A DNA stretch of 64,000 nt. It comes from Squalus acanthias (lineage: Eukaryota). A model generated the notes under the pieces. It had not been told where the DNA came from. It worked only from the letters and a program-made list of their open reading frames with translations, and searched no databases. Positions 1-11,732 of the stretch are shown here, one piece after another (position 1 is the stretch's first letter; each line of letters starts with the position of its first letter). The stretch is taken from positions 176,516,001-176,580,000 of the forward strand of contig CM059425.1 in NCBI GenBank assembly GCA_030390025.1, written 5' to 3'. A program made the translations under genes and the position numbers.

Positions 1-2140
1 GGCCAGGACCAATATCCTCATGAGGGGCTTTGCTAGTGCTGTTGGGGAGGGTTTAAACTAGCTTGGCAGGGGGATAGGAACCTGAGCGTAGATTCAAAAG
101 GTACAGAAGTAAAACTAAAAATGGAAGGCAGAAAATTAGTAAGCGAGTTTGAAAGGCAGATGAAATAAAGGCTAGAAAATAGACAACAAGGGAGTTTGGC
201 AGTGCTAAATGGTATATACTTCATTGCAAGGATTCTAGTGAATAAGGCAGATGAGCTTAAAGAAGGGCAGTAATGGTAGCTCAACATTCCTGTTTACAGG
301 ATTTTCAGACAAGAGAGAGGGGGATAAAAAAGGAAGGGGTCGCAATATTGGTTAAAGAAACAATTACAGCTGTGAAGAGGGATGATATGTTAGAAGGATC
401 ATCAAATGAGGCCATATGGGTTGAACTGAAGAATAAAAAAGGGGCAGTCACAATGCTGGGCGTGTACTATAGACCCCCAAACAGTTAGAGGGAGATAGAG
501 GAGCAAATATGTAGACAAATTTCTGAGAAGTGCAAGAAAAATAGGGTAGTCATAGTAGGGGATTTCAACTATCCTTATATTAACTGGGATAGAACTAGTG
601 TAAAAGGTATAGAGAGCGCAGAATTCTTAAAATGCATTCAGGAGAATTTTTTTAGCCAGTACGTAGCAAGCCCAACAAGAGCAGGGGTAATTCTGGACTT
701 ACTTGTAGGGAATGAAGCTGGGCAGGTGGAAGGGGTGTCAGTGGGAGAGCATTTTAGTGGTAGTGATCATAATTCAGTTAGATTTAGCAAATTATTGGAA
801 AAAATTCTGAGGGACAATATAAATCATCATTTAGAAAGTCACGGATTAATCAACGACCGTCAACATGGATTTGTTAAGGGAAGGTCATGTCTGACTGACT
901 TGATTGAATTTTTTAAGGAGGTAATGAGGAGGGTCGATGAGGTTTGATGTAGTCTACATGGATTTTAGCAAGGCTTTTGACAAGGTCCCACATAGCAGGC
1001 TGATCAGAAAAGTAAAAGCCCATGGGATCCAAGGAAAAGTGGCAAGTTAGATCCAAAATTTGCTCAGTGGCAGGAGGCAAAGGGTAACGGTCGATGGATG
1101 TTTTTGTGACTGGAAGGCTGTTTCCAGTGGGGTTCCGCAAGGCTTAGTACAAGGTCCCTTGCTTTTTGTGGTATATATCAACGATTTAGACTTCCATGTA
1201 GGAGGCATGATTAAGAAGTTTGCAGATGATATAAAAATTGGCCGTGTGGTTGCTATGAGGAAAAAATGCTGTAGGCTGCAGGAAGCTATCAATGGACTTG
1301 TCAGGTAGGCAGAAAAATGGCAAATGGAATTCAATCCGGAGAAGTGTGAGGTAATGTACTTGGGGAGGGTTAACAAGGCAAGGGAATACACAATAAATGG
1401 TAGGATACTGAGAAGTGTAGAGGAACAGAGAGACCTTGGAATGCATGTCCACAGATCCCTGAAAGTAGCAGGACAGATAAATACGGTGGTTAAGAAGGCA
1501 TACGGGATAGTTTCCTTTATTAGCCGAGGCATAGAATATAAGAACAGGGAGGTTATGCTGGAACTGTAGAAAACACGAGTTAGGCCACAGCTAGAGTACT
1601 GCGTGCAGTTCTGGTCACCACATTACAGGAAAGATGTGATTGCACGAGAGAGGGTACAGAGGAGATTTACGAGGATGTTGCCAGAAGTGGAGAATTTTAG
1701 CTATGAGGAAAGATTGCATAGGCTGCAGCTGTTTTCTTTGGAACAGAGGAGGCTGAGGGGAGATTTAATTCAGGTGTATAAAATTATGAGGGGTCTAGAT
1801 AGAGTGGATAGGAAGGACATATTTCCCTTAGCAGAAAGGTCAATAACCAGGGGGCATAGTTTTAAAGTAATTGGTAGAAGGATTAGAGGGGAGTTGAGGA
1901 GAATTTTTTTCACCCAGAGGGTGGTGGGGGTCTGGAACTCACTGCCTGAAAGGGTGGTAGAGGCAGAAACCCTCAGCGCATTTAAAAAGTACTTGGATAT
2001 GCACTTGAAGTGCCGTGGCCTACAAGGCTACGGACCAAGAGCTGGATTCTGGGATTAGGCTGGATAGCTCTTTTTCAGGCGGCGCAAACACAATGGGCCA
2101 AATGGTCTCCTTCTGTGCCGTAAAATTCTATGATTCTATG
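1..2140 (+). mobile_element. Decayed CR1-clade LINE (end of SGNH ORF1, APE endonuclease, internally deleted RT, 3' tail)
   Basis: Fragments GVYYRPPNS, GSDHN, QHGFVKGRSCLT, SGVPQG, FADD, FFTQRVVGVWNSLP; (TTCTATGA) tail at about 2127-2140; stops and frameshifts. Confidence 0.93.
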
Positions 2141-2598
2141 AAAGAGAGGGAAAGAAATATTGGATTAAAAGAGAGAGCAAAAAAAGACAGAAAGGATAAG
2201 TTAAAAAAATTAATTTAAAATTTTACAAATCCCCAGCAACAATTAAAACCTGAAGGAATGAGACTCCACACTTGTAATAGTTAATTAACACTAATCACAT
2301 TGTTAAAAAGGTACTTAGACTGAAATGGACAAGACTTAATTTTCTGTGGCGAGTTTAGTTCGTACCTACCACGCAAATACAGCAACTTCATGCCAGTCAA
2401 TGCATGTCAATGGCGAGGCAGACTGTGAGACACCATTTTCGCGAAGCTAACGGTAGAGTGGCGCAACTCGGCCAGCAACTTTATGATTTCAGCGCTTAAC
2501 CGCACATCTGCCCTCGCCTGAAGTTGCTGTATCATTTACACATAAGTAACAGTGAGCGCCATTAATCTCACCGTTATTTTGACAGCAAATTCTGGCCC
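2141..2598. mobile_element. Right arm of a Harbinger-type non-autonomous element
   Basis: Ends in AAATTCTGGCCC, resembling the GGGCTGGATTTT-type termini of other elements here; left end not in the window. Confidence 0.5.
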
Positions 2599-3189
2599 AA
2601 TATGAATGGCACGGGGTCAGTGTATGTTACATCATAAATGTCACCCAATGAATTTAAAATGCTTTATCAGGAACACATTAGCTTTGGCTTTATACTGTTG
2701 TATTATGCCTTACGTCCTATAAAAATGTTGATTTTCTTTTTGAATATTTAAACTTTCTGTCTCCAATTAGCTTGGAGTAGCTCAGAAACTGTGGTGCGAT
2801 TTGTAACCTTTCTTACGGAACCCTTGGACCCTTATATTGGGAATGATGACATAACACTAGAACCATAATTAACTATACTCTCGTGGCACAGCTGGGTTCC
2901 AGAGTTTTATTGAAGGCGCTATGTTAAATTTCACGTGCCACAGCAAAGTTTCAATTCACAATGACAAATGAACTGCAATTTAAAAATGTTTGTAATTGCT
3001 TTTGGTATCACAACAGCAGATTATAATAAAGTCTAGCGAATGGAGCCTTAGTGTTGCATCTTGTCATAACCACAGATCCAGATGCTATTTGGGCTAAAGT
3101 AATCTGTGATAGAAGATTGATATTAGGCTCATTTGTTTCATAGCCTCCTGTGTATTTTAAAAACATGCTCTGTACCCAAATGTGCATAG

Positions 3190-3345
<156 letters not shown>

Positions 3346-3710
3346 TGAGTATTGCTCCTATCTTTGCCGATGCTTTTGTTTTACCAAACAACAGGGTAAA
3401 ATTTCTATCATCACTAATTCTAGTGACAAAGAAATAAGAGTGTAAAATGGCCTTCCATCACTTTATACTTAAGTCAACTTTTCAGGAAAATTAGTGAAGA
3501 CAGAACTTTTACCTGCAATTGTTTGTATCATCAGTTCTCAGAGTGCATGTACACTTTAAAAAAAAGTTTTTTTCTCTTTCAAATGATTGTTAATATCATG
3601 CTAGAATTTTTAATCCTAAATGTCTAATTGATGTGTTAACACTGCTTCCTGTATTTAAATCTGAATTTTTTAATATTATATATACTTTTGATAATGCATA
3701 CTTAAATATA

Positions 3711-3837
3711 GGGGGTAATTCTGTGATTGTGCACACTCCTAGCGGGGAGCCACACTCACAGAGTTAGGAGAACGGCGTGTTATAGCTCTGTCTTCAATCT
3801 GTGCCCCCTTTCCAGCGAAGATCACAGAATTACCCCT
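3711..3837. mobile_element. 127-bp MITE (Harbinger/Tourist-like)
   Basis: Perfect 16-bp inverted repeat GGGGTAATTCTGTGAT (3712-3727) / ATCACAGAATTACCCC (3821-3836); ATA on both flanks. Confidence 0.8.
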
Positions 3838-4396
3838 ATAAGTTACAGAGACAAAAATTCAAAACATTTCTATCCACATTCCTTTTTGTGCAACACGGTA
3901 GTAAATAATACTTTTCAATATTTTTGCTAATTTGTGAAAAATGATGTATGTGTCTTTTAGTTTGTTGTGTTGGGTTGGTTTTATGTTAGGCCCCGTGTTT
4001 AACCCTTTGAATCACATGGTAACATTTTTGCAAAGCTTCCAAAAATAATACAAGATTATAATTCTTTGTGTTTCTACCACTGTACCATTCTGATGTAAAT
4101 ATGTGTCGGTATGTTGAACCTTTTGTTAGAATTGTGTCCCAAATATTCAAAATTGCATTATTTCAGAATATCCATTTTGGAAAATTGTTTGATGGAACAG
4201 ATTTGTTTCACAAAAACCTTTTATTTTTCAAAGGGTTAAATTAAATGAAAGGTGTTCGCTTGTATCCCAGTCTGTTCTAATATGTGTGAAACTTGTGTCA
4301 AATTGATATTATTTTATGCTTTGTTTTATGTTGTACCTTATTTTACATTTACTTTCTTTTTGTTTGTCTTTTTTTATTTCTACAAAATGAAACTAG

Positions 4397-4405
4397 AGCT
4401 CGGAA
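4397..4405 (+). CDS. KCNN2: 9-nt alternatively spliced microexon adding Ala-Arg-Lys (SK2-ARK)
   Basis: ctag|AGCTCGGAA|gtaagt; phase 2-2; joining gives CA+A GCT CGG AA+G = Q-A-R-K, the known SK2 ARK insert. Confidence 0.92.
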
Positions 4406-5310
4406 GTAAGTTGTATGTGTTGTATTCCAAAGATTTTTGAAATCCGTATGCATGCAAGAAAGAGGTATTATCATTGTGAATCCAATGGTTTGACCACTCC
4501 CATGGAAACCTGATCAGAAACCATGATCTAATCTGTGATAAGTGAAATTCAGCTGGAATGAAGAAATAGTAAGATGGTTGTTTGAAAAAGACAAGAGAGA
4601 TAAAGCTTTGGCCTAATACGGATTTCATGTTATTTATTTTACTCTTGCAGCTAAACTTTCCTGTGAAGAATCTATTATATAAAAAAGAAAGAATTTTGCA
4701 ATAAAATAAAATGATATACAGTATTAATGTAATTTAATAAATTCTATTAACAGCTACAAAGCAATAGAATCATCATTCAATACTGTCAGTTACTATTAAT
4801 CTTCCTTGGTAGGGTTTGAATTATTGAGCCTGAAAGGATTTGGAGTTCTCTGTAAGACTTCTAATTTAAATAAAAAAATAAAAAAAATAACAATGAATTG
4901 TTAACTGGTATCATGTCTGGAAAATGCAAGCCATTTGCTTCTGTGATCTGCAGAAGGAATAAACTAGATAGCAATTAATTTTGCTGCTGGAATAAGAGAT
5001 TTTACTTGATTCTTGTACTATTGACACATATTTCTGTAGCCAAATAATAATAATTCTAGGCACTAATAAGCAGACTGATTTGATAGCACATCTGTTCTAG
5101 TTCCCCCATTCAAAACTTTGCATAAACTGGGAAGAAAATTCACTTTTCAACTGTCTTATATTATTGACCTTGGTCTTCAATAGGTAAAACATGATCGCAT
5201 CAGAATCCTTGCATTGTCAAGTCATGTTAGAGAATAAATTATAATAAATAATAAAATTGACATTAAAAAATTCTTGTTCAAAAAATCAAGAGAATGCATT
5301 CTATGGGGTA

Positions 5311-5765
5311 AAAAGAAAGACTTGTATTTATATAGCGCCTTTCACGACCACTGGACACCCCAAAGCACTTTACAGCCAATGAAGTACTTTTTTGAAGTGT
5401 AGTCACTGTTGTAATATGGGAAACACGGCAGCCAATTTGTACATAGCAAGCTCCTACAAACAGCAATGTGATAAAGACCAGATAATCTGTTTTAGATGTT
5501 GATTGAGGGCTAACTATTGGCTAAGACTCTGGGGATAACTCCCCTGCTCTTCTTCGAAATAGTGCCATAGGATCTTTTACATCCACCTGAGAGGGCAGAT
5601 GGGGCCTCGGTTTGACGTCTCATCCGAAAGACGGCACTTCCGACAGTCCAGCACTCCCTCAGTACTGCACTGGAGTGTCAGCCTAGATTTTTTGTGCCTG
5701 GAGTGGGACTTGAACCCACAAACCTTCTGACTCAGAGGTGAGGGCGTTACCAACAGAGCCACGTC
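5311..5765 (-). mobile_element. tRNA-derived Deu-SINE (SacSINE1/AmnSINE-like) with L2-type tail
   Basis: Minus strand: A box TGGCTCTGTTGG, B box GGTTCAAGTCC, Deu-like core GTAAAAGATCCTATGGCACTATTTCGAAGAAGAGCAGGGGAGTT, tail GGCGCTATATAAATACAAGTCTTTC. Confidence 0.8.
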
Positions 5766-5834
5766 CGCTATGAAGGACCACTGTGTGTTCAATGAGTTCA
5801 ATGAGTAATGTTCTGTGGAAATTTGATACTTAAA

Positions 5835-6293
5835 GGGGCCAATTTTACACTGCTTTGTACCCGGGGTGTTACCTGGGCGTGAAGTACAGGAAAAAATGGT
5901 GGAGAGCCACAATTCCAGATTCATGTACACTTCCAGGGGTTTCCCCGGGGAGGACATGGAGTGTAAATAGGAAGGTAATGAGGCAGGACTGATGTGCCTG
6001 TGCCTCCCAAATTATTTTCCTGGGTCTCTACTTAACAGAGACCCAAACATGACAGTGCCCACAGCAACTGGGCTTTAGTGCTTGTGCCTATCAGACCTAC
6101 CGTGGCAATAAACTTTCCTCTCCAAACCTTTGGTTGTAAGTTCCTTCTAAGGAGTCTCCAGCACTGGGGTAATATCAGGGCTATTAAGATGACCTGAACC
6201 TGCTAATATGGGTAGGTTCATGTACCGTGGGGTGGAGTACACTTTGGGTGCACTCGCCCAATTTGCATTTGGGGGGGAGAAGAAATTTGGCCT
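5835..6293. mobile_element. Degenerate MITE-like element
   Basis: GC-richer island bounded by GGGGCCAATTTT and AAATTTGGCCT. Confidence 0.4.
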
Positions 6294-7189
6294 GAACTTC
6301 CTCGGCAGCTAAGTTGTACTCATAACATGAGTTGAGAGTACAATAATGCTGCTTTTCACACACTAGTTGCAGTTTCTATCTCTCTTAGTAGGTGAGTTTT
6401 TGTTATCACCAATGTTCCTGGGAAAAGAAGTGCTAAGTACATTAAAGTGATTCACCTGCTTTGGACAGAGATTAACAGTTTCACAGTGTAAGAAATTGAG
6501 TTGCAGTTGGGCTCTGAAAACACGAATTATGCTCATAATGGTGGTGGGGTATCCAAATAAAATAGACCACAATGCATCAGCCCCGCACCATTTAATTGGG
6601 CTGGGTAACGTGCTGGGCGGGCTTAGTAGGCCCCATTAGTGCAAAGTCGATTTCTGGAGCGGGATGAAAGCAGCAACAGGGTCGCGACCCGCCACGCTGA
6701 CCGCTCGTACCCAACCCGTCCAGGTAAAGAAAATTCCGGCCTATGCCTTCTATTGAATTGCAGAAATTGGTGAAGAGAGAGTTTTCATTGGCTACTAATT
6801 TTCTGGCAAGGCTGAGAATCATGGAGCTGATTTTAAATTGTTTGTTCCAGTGGGCTCCCTAGAGCCTGTGTACTGCAGATTGGAAAATTTGGAGAAAACC
6901 ATACAACACCTCCTTGTCTTTTATCAGTTGGCTTATAGATTATACTGGCTCTGAGTGCCAGTACCTTAATTGGAGCAACTGTTGTTAATTGCAGGGATGG
7001 GTACGAATCTCTCGGGATGTTTTAAATGAGACTGGGTTATTAGTGAGTCTTTTTCTGCTGTTCTGATTATAGCTTTATTTGGGTGCAGTGATAATTTAGG
7101 CTGTTGTCAGCTGTGCATGGATTCATGCATGCCTGTGAGAGATTGGGAATTGTTATTTACGTTCAGGGTCTGAAATATTATGAAACTAT

Positions 7190-8734
7190 AGGAACGATTT
7201 TAACCCTGCCCGGCGAGAAAGGTGCAGGCGGTGGTTTAATATCAGGTTTGGGAACTTCCCCCACCATTCCCAAACTGTTTACAGTGTTTGGGAACTTCCC
7301 CCACCATTCCCAGACTGTTTACAGTGTTTGGGAGCTTCCCCCACCATTCCCAAACTGTTTACAGTGTTTGGGAACTTCCCCCACCATTCCCAAACTGTTT
7401 ACAGTGTTTGGGAACTTCCCCCACCATTCCCAAACTGTTTACAGTGTTTGGGAAAATCCCCCACCATTCCCAAACTGTTTACAGTGTTTGGGAACTTCCC
7501 CCACCATTCCCAAACTGTTTACAGTGTTTGGGAACTTCCCCCACCATTCCCAAACTGTTTACAGTGTTTGGGAACTTCCCCCACCATTCCCAGACTGTTT
7601 ACAGTGTTTGGGAACTTCCCCCACCATTCCCAAACTGTTTACAGTGTTTGGGAACTTCCCCCACCATTCCCAAACTGTTTACGGTGTTTGGAAACTTCCC
7701 CCACCATTCCCAAACTGTTTACAGTGTTTGGGAACTTCCCCCACCATTCCCAGACTGCTTACAGTGTTTGGGAACTTCCCCCACCGTTCCCAGACTGTTT
7801 ACAGTGTTTGGGAACGTCCCCCACCATTCCCAGACTATTTACGATGTTTGGGAACTTCCCCCACCATTCCCAGACTGTTTACAGTGTTTGGGAACTTCCC
7901 CCACCATTCCCAGACTGTTTACAGTGTTTGGGAACTTCCCCCACCATTCCCAGACTGATCAGGTTTGGGAACATCCCCCACCATTCTCAGACTGTTTACG
8001 GTGTTTGGGAACATCCCCCACCATTCCCAGACTGTTTACGGTGTTTGGGAACTTCCCCCACCATTCCCAGACTGTTTACGGTGTTTGGGAACTTTCCCCA
8101 CCATTCCCAGACTGTTTATGGTGTTTGGGAACTTGCCCCACCATTCCCAGACTGTTTACGGTGTTTGGGAACTTTCCCCACCATTCCCAGACTGTTTACG
8201 GTGTTTGGGAACTTTCCCCACCATTCCCAGACTGTTTACAGTGGTCGACATTTTAATTGACATCTTTTGAGCTTTGGGAAAGGCACCTGCCTCAGAAAAG
8301 CAGGGCTTGCTTTAAGTGGTGAAGTCGCAGTCTGATGACGTCATTCGGACATGCCCACGATTTTAACTGTGGGCTGACTAAGTCCCGGACCCACCAGCAT
8401 TGTGACCAGAAGATGATCATGTAATTTTTTTGGAGCAGGAGTACTCTCCCTGGCCCAACAAGGACACCTTAGACCTCCCCTGCTCAGGTTGGCCCTGATT
8501 GTTCCTGACCTCCCGTCCTTCCTAACTTACAATGCTGGGGACCATTTCCACGGGTCCCTGGCGGCGGCCGGCCATCGGCGATTGACTACTCCCACCATTC
8601 CTGTTAACTTGAGGCAGGAGTCAGTGTTGGGAGATGCAAGAACTCCCAGGCCTTATGCTCTGGAGAACCGGATGGCTAACCATTCACTTCGGCCCCAGCA
8701 GCCCCGATTCTCAGCCTCAGTTAAAATCGACCCT
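7190..8734. mobile_element. Harbinger-type MITE expanded by an internal minisatellite
   Basis: Termini AGGAACGATTTTAAC / GTTAAAATCGACCCT (13/15 inverted match); TAT on both flanks. Confidence 0.75.
7246..8242. repeat. 40-bp minisatellite, about 25 units
   Basis: Unit GTTTGGGAACTTCCCCCACCATTCCCA(A/G)ACTGTTTAC(A/G)GT repeated head to tail, with one phase break near 7957. Confidence 0.98.
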
Positions 8735-9244
8735 TATAATGCACTTGAAGGCAATGTGAGTCGAGTGATAGTGGCAACACCTGCTAAATGTTCTGTATGC
8801 AAAATGCTTTCTTGAATGAAAAGTATCGTATTGCAGCTCTGGATGATGCTGGGTCGTCATATATTGGGCATACCGTACATAAATGAAATAAAGCAGGGGT
8901 GATAATGGCCTGCATTAAGTACATTATTGAGCATAAAATGCCAGTACCTAATGGGTATATATGTACAGATATGATCCGTCTACCCCTTTACCATTAAAGA
9001 AATTGATTATAACAACAAGTTTAATCTCTGTGCACTGATTGAAAAATACACTCTACAATAGAAACAAAAGCACCATGACAGCAAGATTTAGGTGATATAT
9101 CTTGATCTATCCCCAGCTCCTGGAAGTGTTAAAAGGTCCTTTTTTATTGGTCTGAGTGGGCTGTTTGTACTGCCAGTCTCACACAGTCAGCAGCAACCAC
9201 ATTTAAACCTGTCGTATTCACTAAATGCGGCTACTGGGAAGACT

Positions 9245-11213
9245 CCAACAAGAGGGAAGGGTAAGGGAACCAAAGCAAGGGCTCCTTGGATGACGAGGGA
9301 GATAGAGAAGATGATGAAACAAAAAAAGAGGGTGTTTGATGCATGTCAGGTGAATTCTTCAAGGGAGAACCAGATCCAATACAATAAGTTGAGGGGGGAA
9401 GTGAAGATGAAAATAAGATTGGCAAAGAGAGAATATGAGAGTAGAATGGCGGTTTACATAAAAGGGAACCCAAAAATCTTCTACCGGCATATAAACAGTA
9501 AGCGGGTAGTAAGAGGCGAGGTGGGGCCTATTAGGGACAAAGAAGGTGATATATGCTTAGAGGCGCAGGGCAAGGCTAGAATACTCAATGAGTACTTGGT
9601 ATTGGTGTTTACTAAGGAGATGGATGTTGACAAAATATCAGTAGAAGTGGAAAAGGTAGAAGCAATGAAAGGGGTGAAAATTGACAGACAGGATGTACTA
9701 GAAAGGCTGGGTATGCTTAGAGTGGATAAGTCGCCTGGTCCAGCTGGCTTGCATCCCAGGTTGCTAAAGGAATTGGGGGGAGGAGATAGCGGAAGCGCTT
9801 GCCATAATTTTCCAATCTTCCCTAGATGCGGGGGAGGTGCCTGAGGATTGGAAAGTGGCAAATGTGACATTGTTCAAGAAAGGGTGTAAGGACAATCCTA
9901 GTAACTACAGGCCGGTCAGTTTAACATCAGTGGTGGGTAAAGTTTTAGAAACAATAATCAAGGAAAAAATTGGGCACTTGGAGAGGTTTAAGCTAATTAA
10001 GGAGAGCCAACACGGATTTGTAAAAGGCAGATCGTGTTTGACTAATCTAATTGAATTTTTTGACGAAGTAACAGGGAGGATTGATGAAGGGAATGCAATG
10101 GATGTTGTCTACATGGATTTGAGGAAGACGTTTGACAATGTACCACATAGAAGGCTGGTTAACAAATTGAGGCTCATGGAATAGGTGGGTCAGTGGCAGC
10201 TTGGATAAGGAATTGGCTTAAGGACAGAAAACAGCGAGTTGTGGTAAATGGCTGTTTTTCAGACTGGAGGATGGTAGACAGTGGTGTTCCCCAAAGGGCA
10301 GTGCTGGGGCCACTGCATTTTGTGATATATAAATGACCCGGATATTGGAATACAGAGTAGAATTTCTAAATTTGCCGATGACACCAAACCTGGTGGTGTG
10401 GCAAACAGCCAGGATGATACCAATCGACTGCAGCAGGACATAGAAAGGCTAGCAGAATGGGCAGACAAGTGGCAGATGGAATTTAATACAGAGAAGTGTG
10501 AGGTGATGCATTTTGGCAGAAGGAACAGGCAGAGGCAATATCCACTTAATGGCACAGTTTTAAAGAGTGTGCAGGTACAGAGGGACCTGGGAGTTAATGT
10601 GCATAGGTCCCTGAAGGTGGCAGGACATATTGAGAGAGTGGTTAACAAAGCATATGGGATCTTGGGCTTCATAAATAGAGGTATTAAGCACAAAAGTAGA
10701 GAAGTTATGCTGAACCTTTATAAAGTGCTGGTTAGGCCACAACTGGAGTATTGCATCCAGTTCTGGTCACCACATTTTATCTACAAGGACAGGTTGGAGA
10801 AGCTGGATTTGTTTTCATTAGAGCAAAGGAGGTTGAGGGGTGATTTGATAGAGGTGTACAAGATTATGACAGGTTTAGATAGGCTAGATGGGGAAATGCT
10901 GTTCCCGCTAGTTTATAGTACAAGGACTAGGGGACACAGATTTAAGGTTTTGGGCAAGAGATACAGGGGGGATTGTGAGGGAAAACTTTTTTACGCAGCG
11001 AGTGGTGAGGACCTGGAACTTGCTGCCGACGGAAGTGGTGGAAGCGGAGACACTCAATGTTTTGAAGGGGAGACTGGATAGGCACTTGAGGGAAATAAAC
11101 TTGCAGGGCTACAGGGATAGAGTGGGGGAATGGGACTGACTGGATTGCTCTACAGAGAGCCGGCGGGGACTCGATGGGCCGAATGGCCTCCTTCTGTGTC
11201 ATTATGACTCTCT
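9245..11213 (+). mobile_element. 5'-truncated CR1 LINE (RT and tail; tail resumes at 15497)
   Basis: NYRPVSLTSVVGK, QHGFVKGRSCLTNL, RPQLEYCIQFWSP; (ATGACTCT) tail split by a Harbinger insertion. Confidence 0.93.
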
Positions 11214-11732
11214 GAGCTCGATTTTGCCAGGCCCGAGGAGGCGGCTTTGGAGGCGTGTGAGGTGTTAAAATCGCAAAAAATAGCGGGCGCATCCGATCCC
11301 GCCTCCGAGCAATTTTCCCAAAATTGGGGTTTCAGACCCCGTTTCCATCCCGCCTCCAAGAGGCGGGATAGGCCCTTAAGGCCTTTAACAACCAGTTAAG
11401 TGCCTCTATAATACCATTTTGAGAGGCCTTTGTGAGCTTAACACATTTCCCCCGTGCTGCACGTCTCCTCTGGAACACGCCAGTTAATCCTGGCGGCCTC
11501 ACAAGTGGATTGCTTACTAACAGCTGCAGCTCCTCCATTAAAAAGGAGTTTTCACCAATGATCATTTGCAGGTGGCAGAACTTTGTTGTCTCAAGTCTGG
11601 GAGAACTTTTAGCAGGCCTACTCATTGTTGTGGAAGTTTGGAACCTGAGACCCATCTCCAGTGTGACCTCCCGAGAAACCCCTCTCCCCACCTTGACTGA
11701 GCACTTCCTCAACTGAGGTATATACCAGAAGC

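Noticed and set aside
1047..1532. Antisense ORFs over CR1 copies (also 10259, 35402, 59285, 63427)
   Set aside because: Recurrent shadow frames of RT coding sequence, not independent genes
7246..8242. CRISPR-like array of palindromic repeats
   Set aside because: Units are contiguous with no unique spacers, there are no cas genes, and the context is a vertebrate intron
7104..8270. Long ORFs in all three plus frames (284-322 aa)
   Set aside because: Artefact of a stop-free 40-bp unit cycling through frames; no splice or homology support
9191..9236. Imperfect hairpin CAGCAACCACATTTA...TAAATGCGGCTACTG
   Set aside because: Three mismatches in 15 bp and no recognisable RNA or element family
9092..9844. 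250-aa ORF as a novel fusion gene
   Set aside because: Chance read-through from flank into a truncated CR1 that then frameshifts; starts at a non-ATG codon
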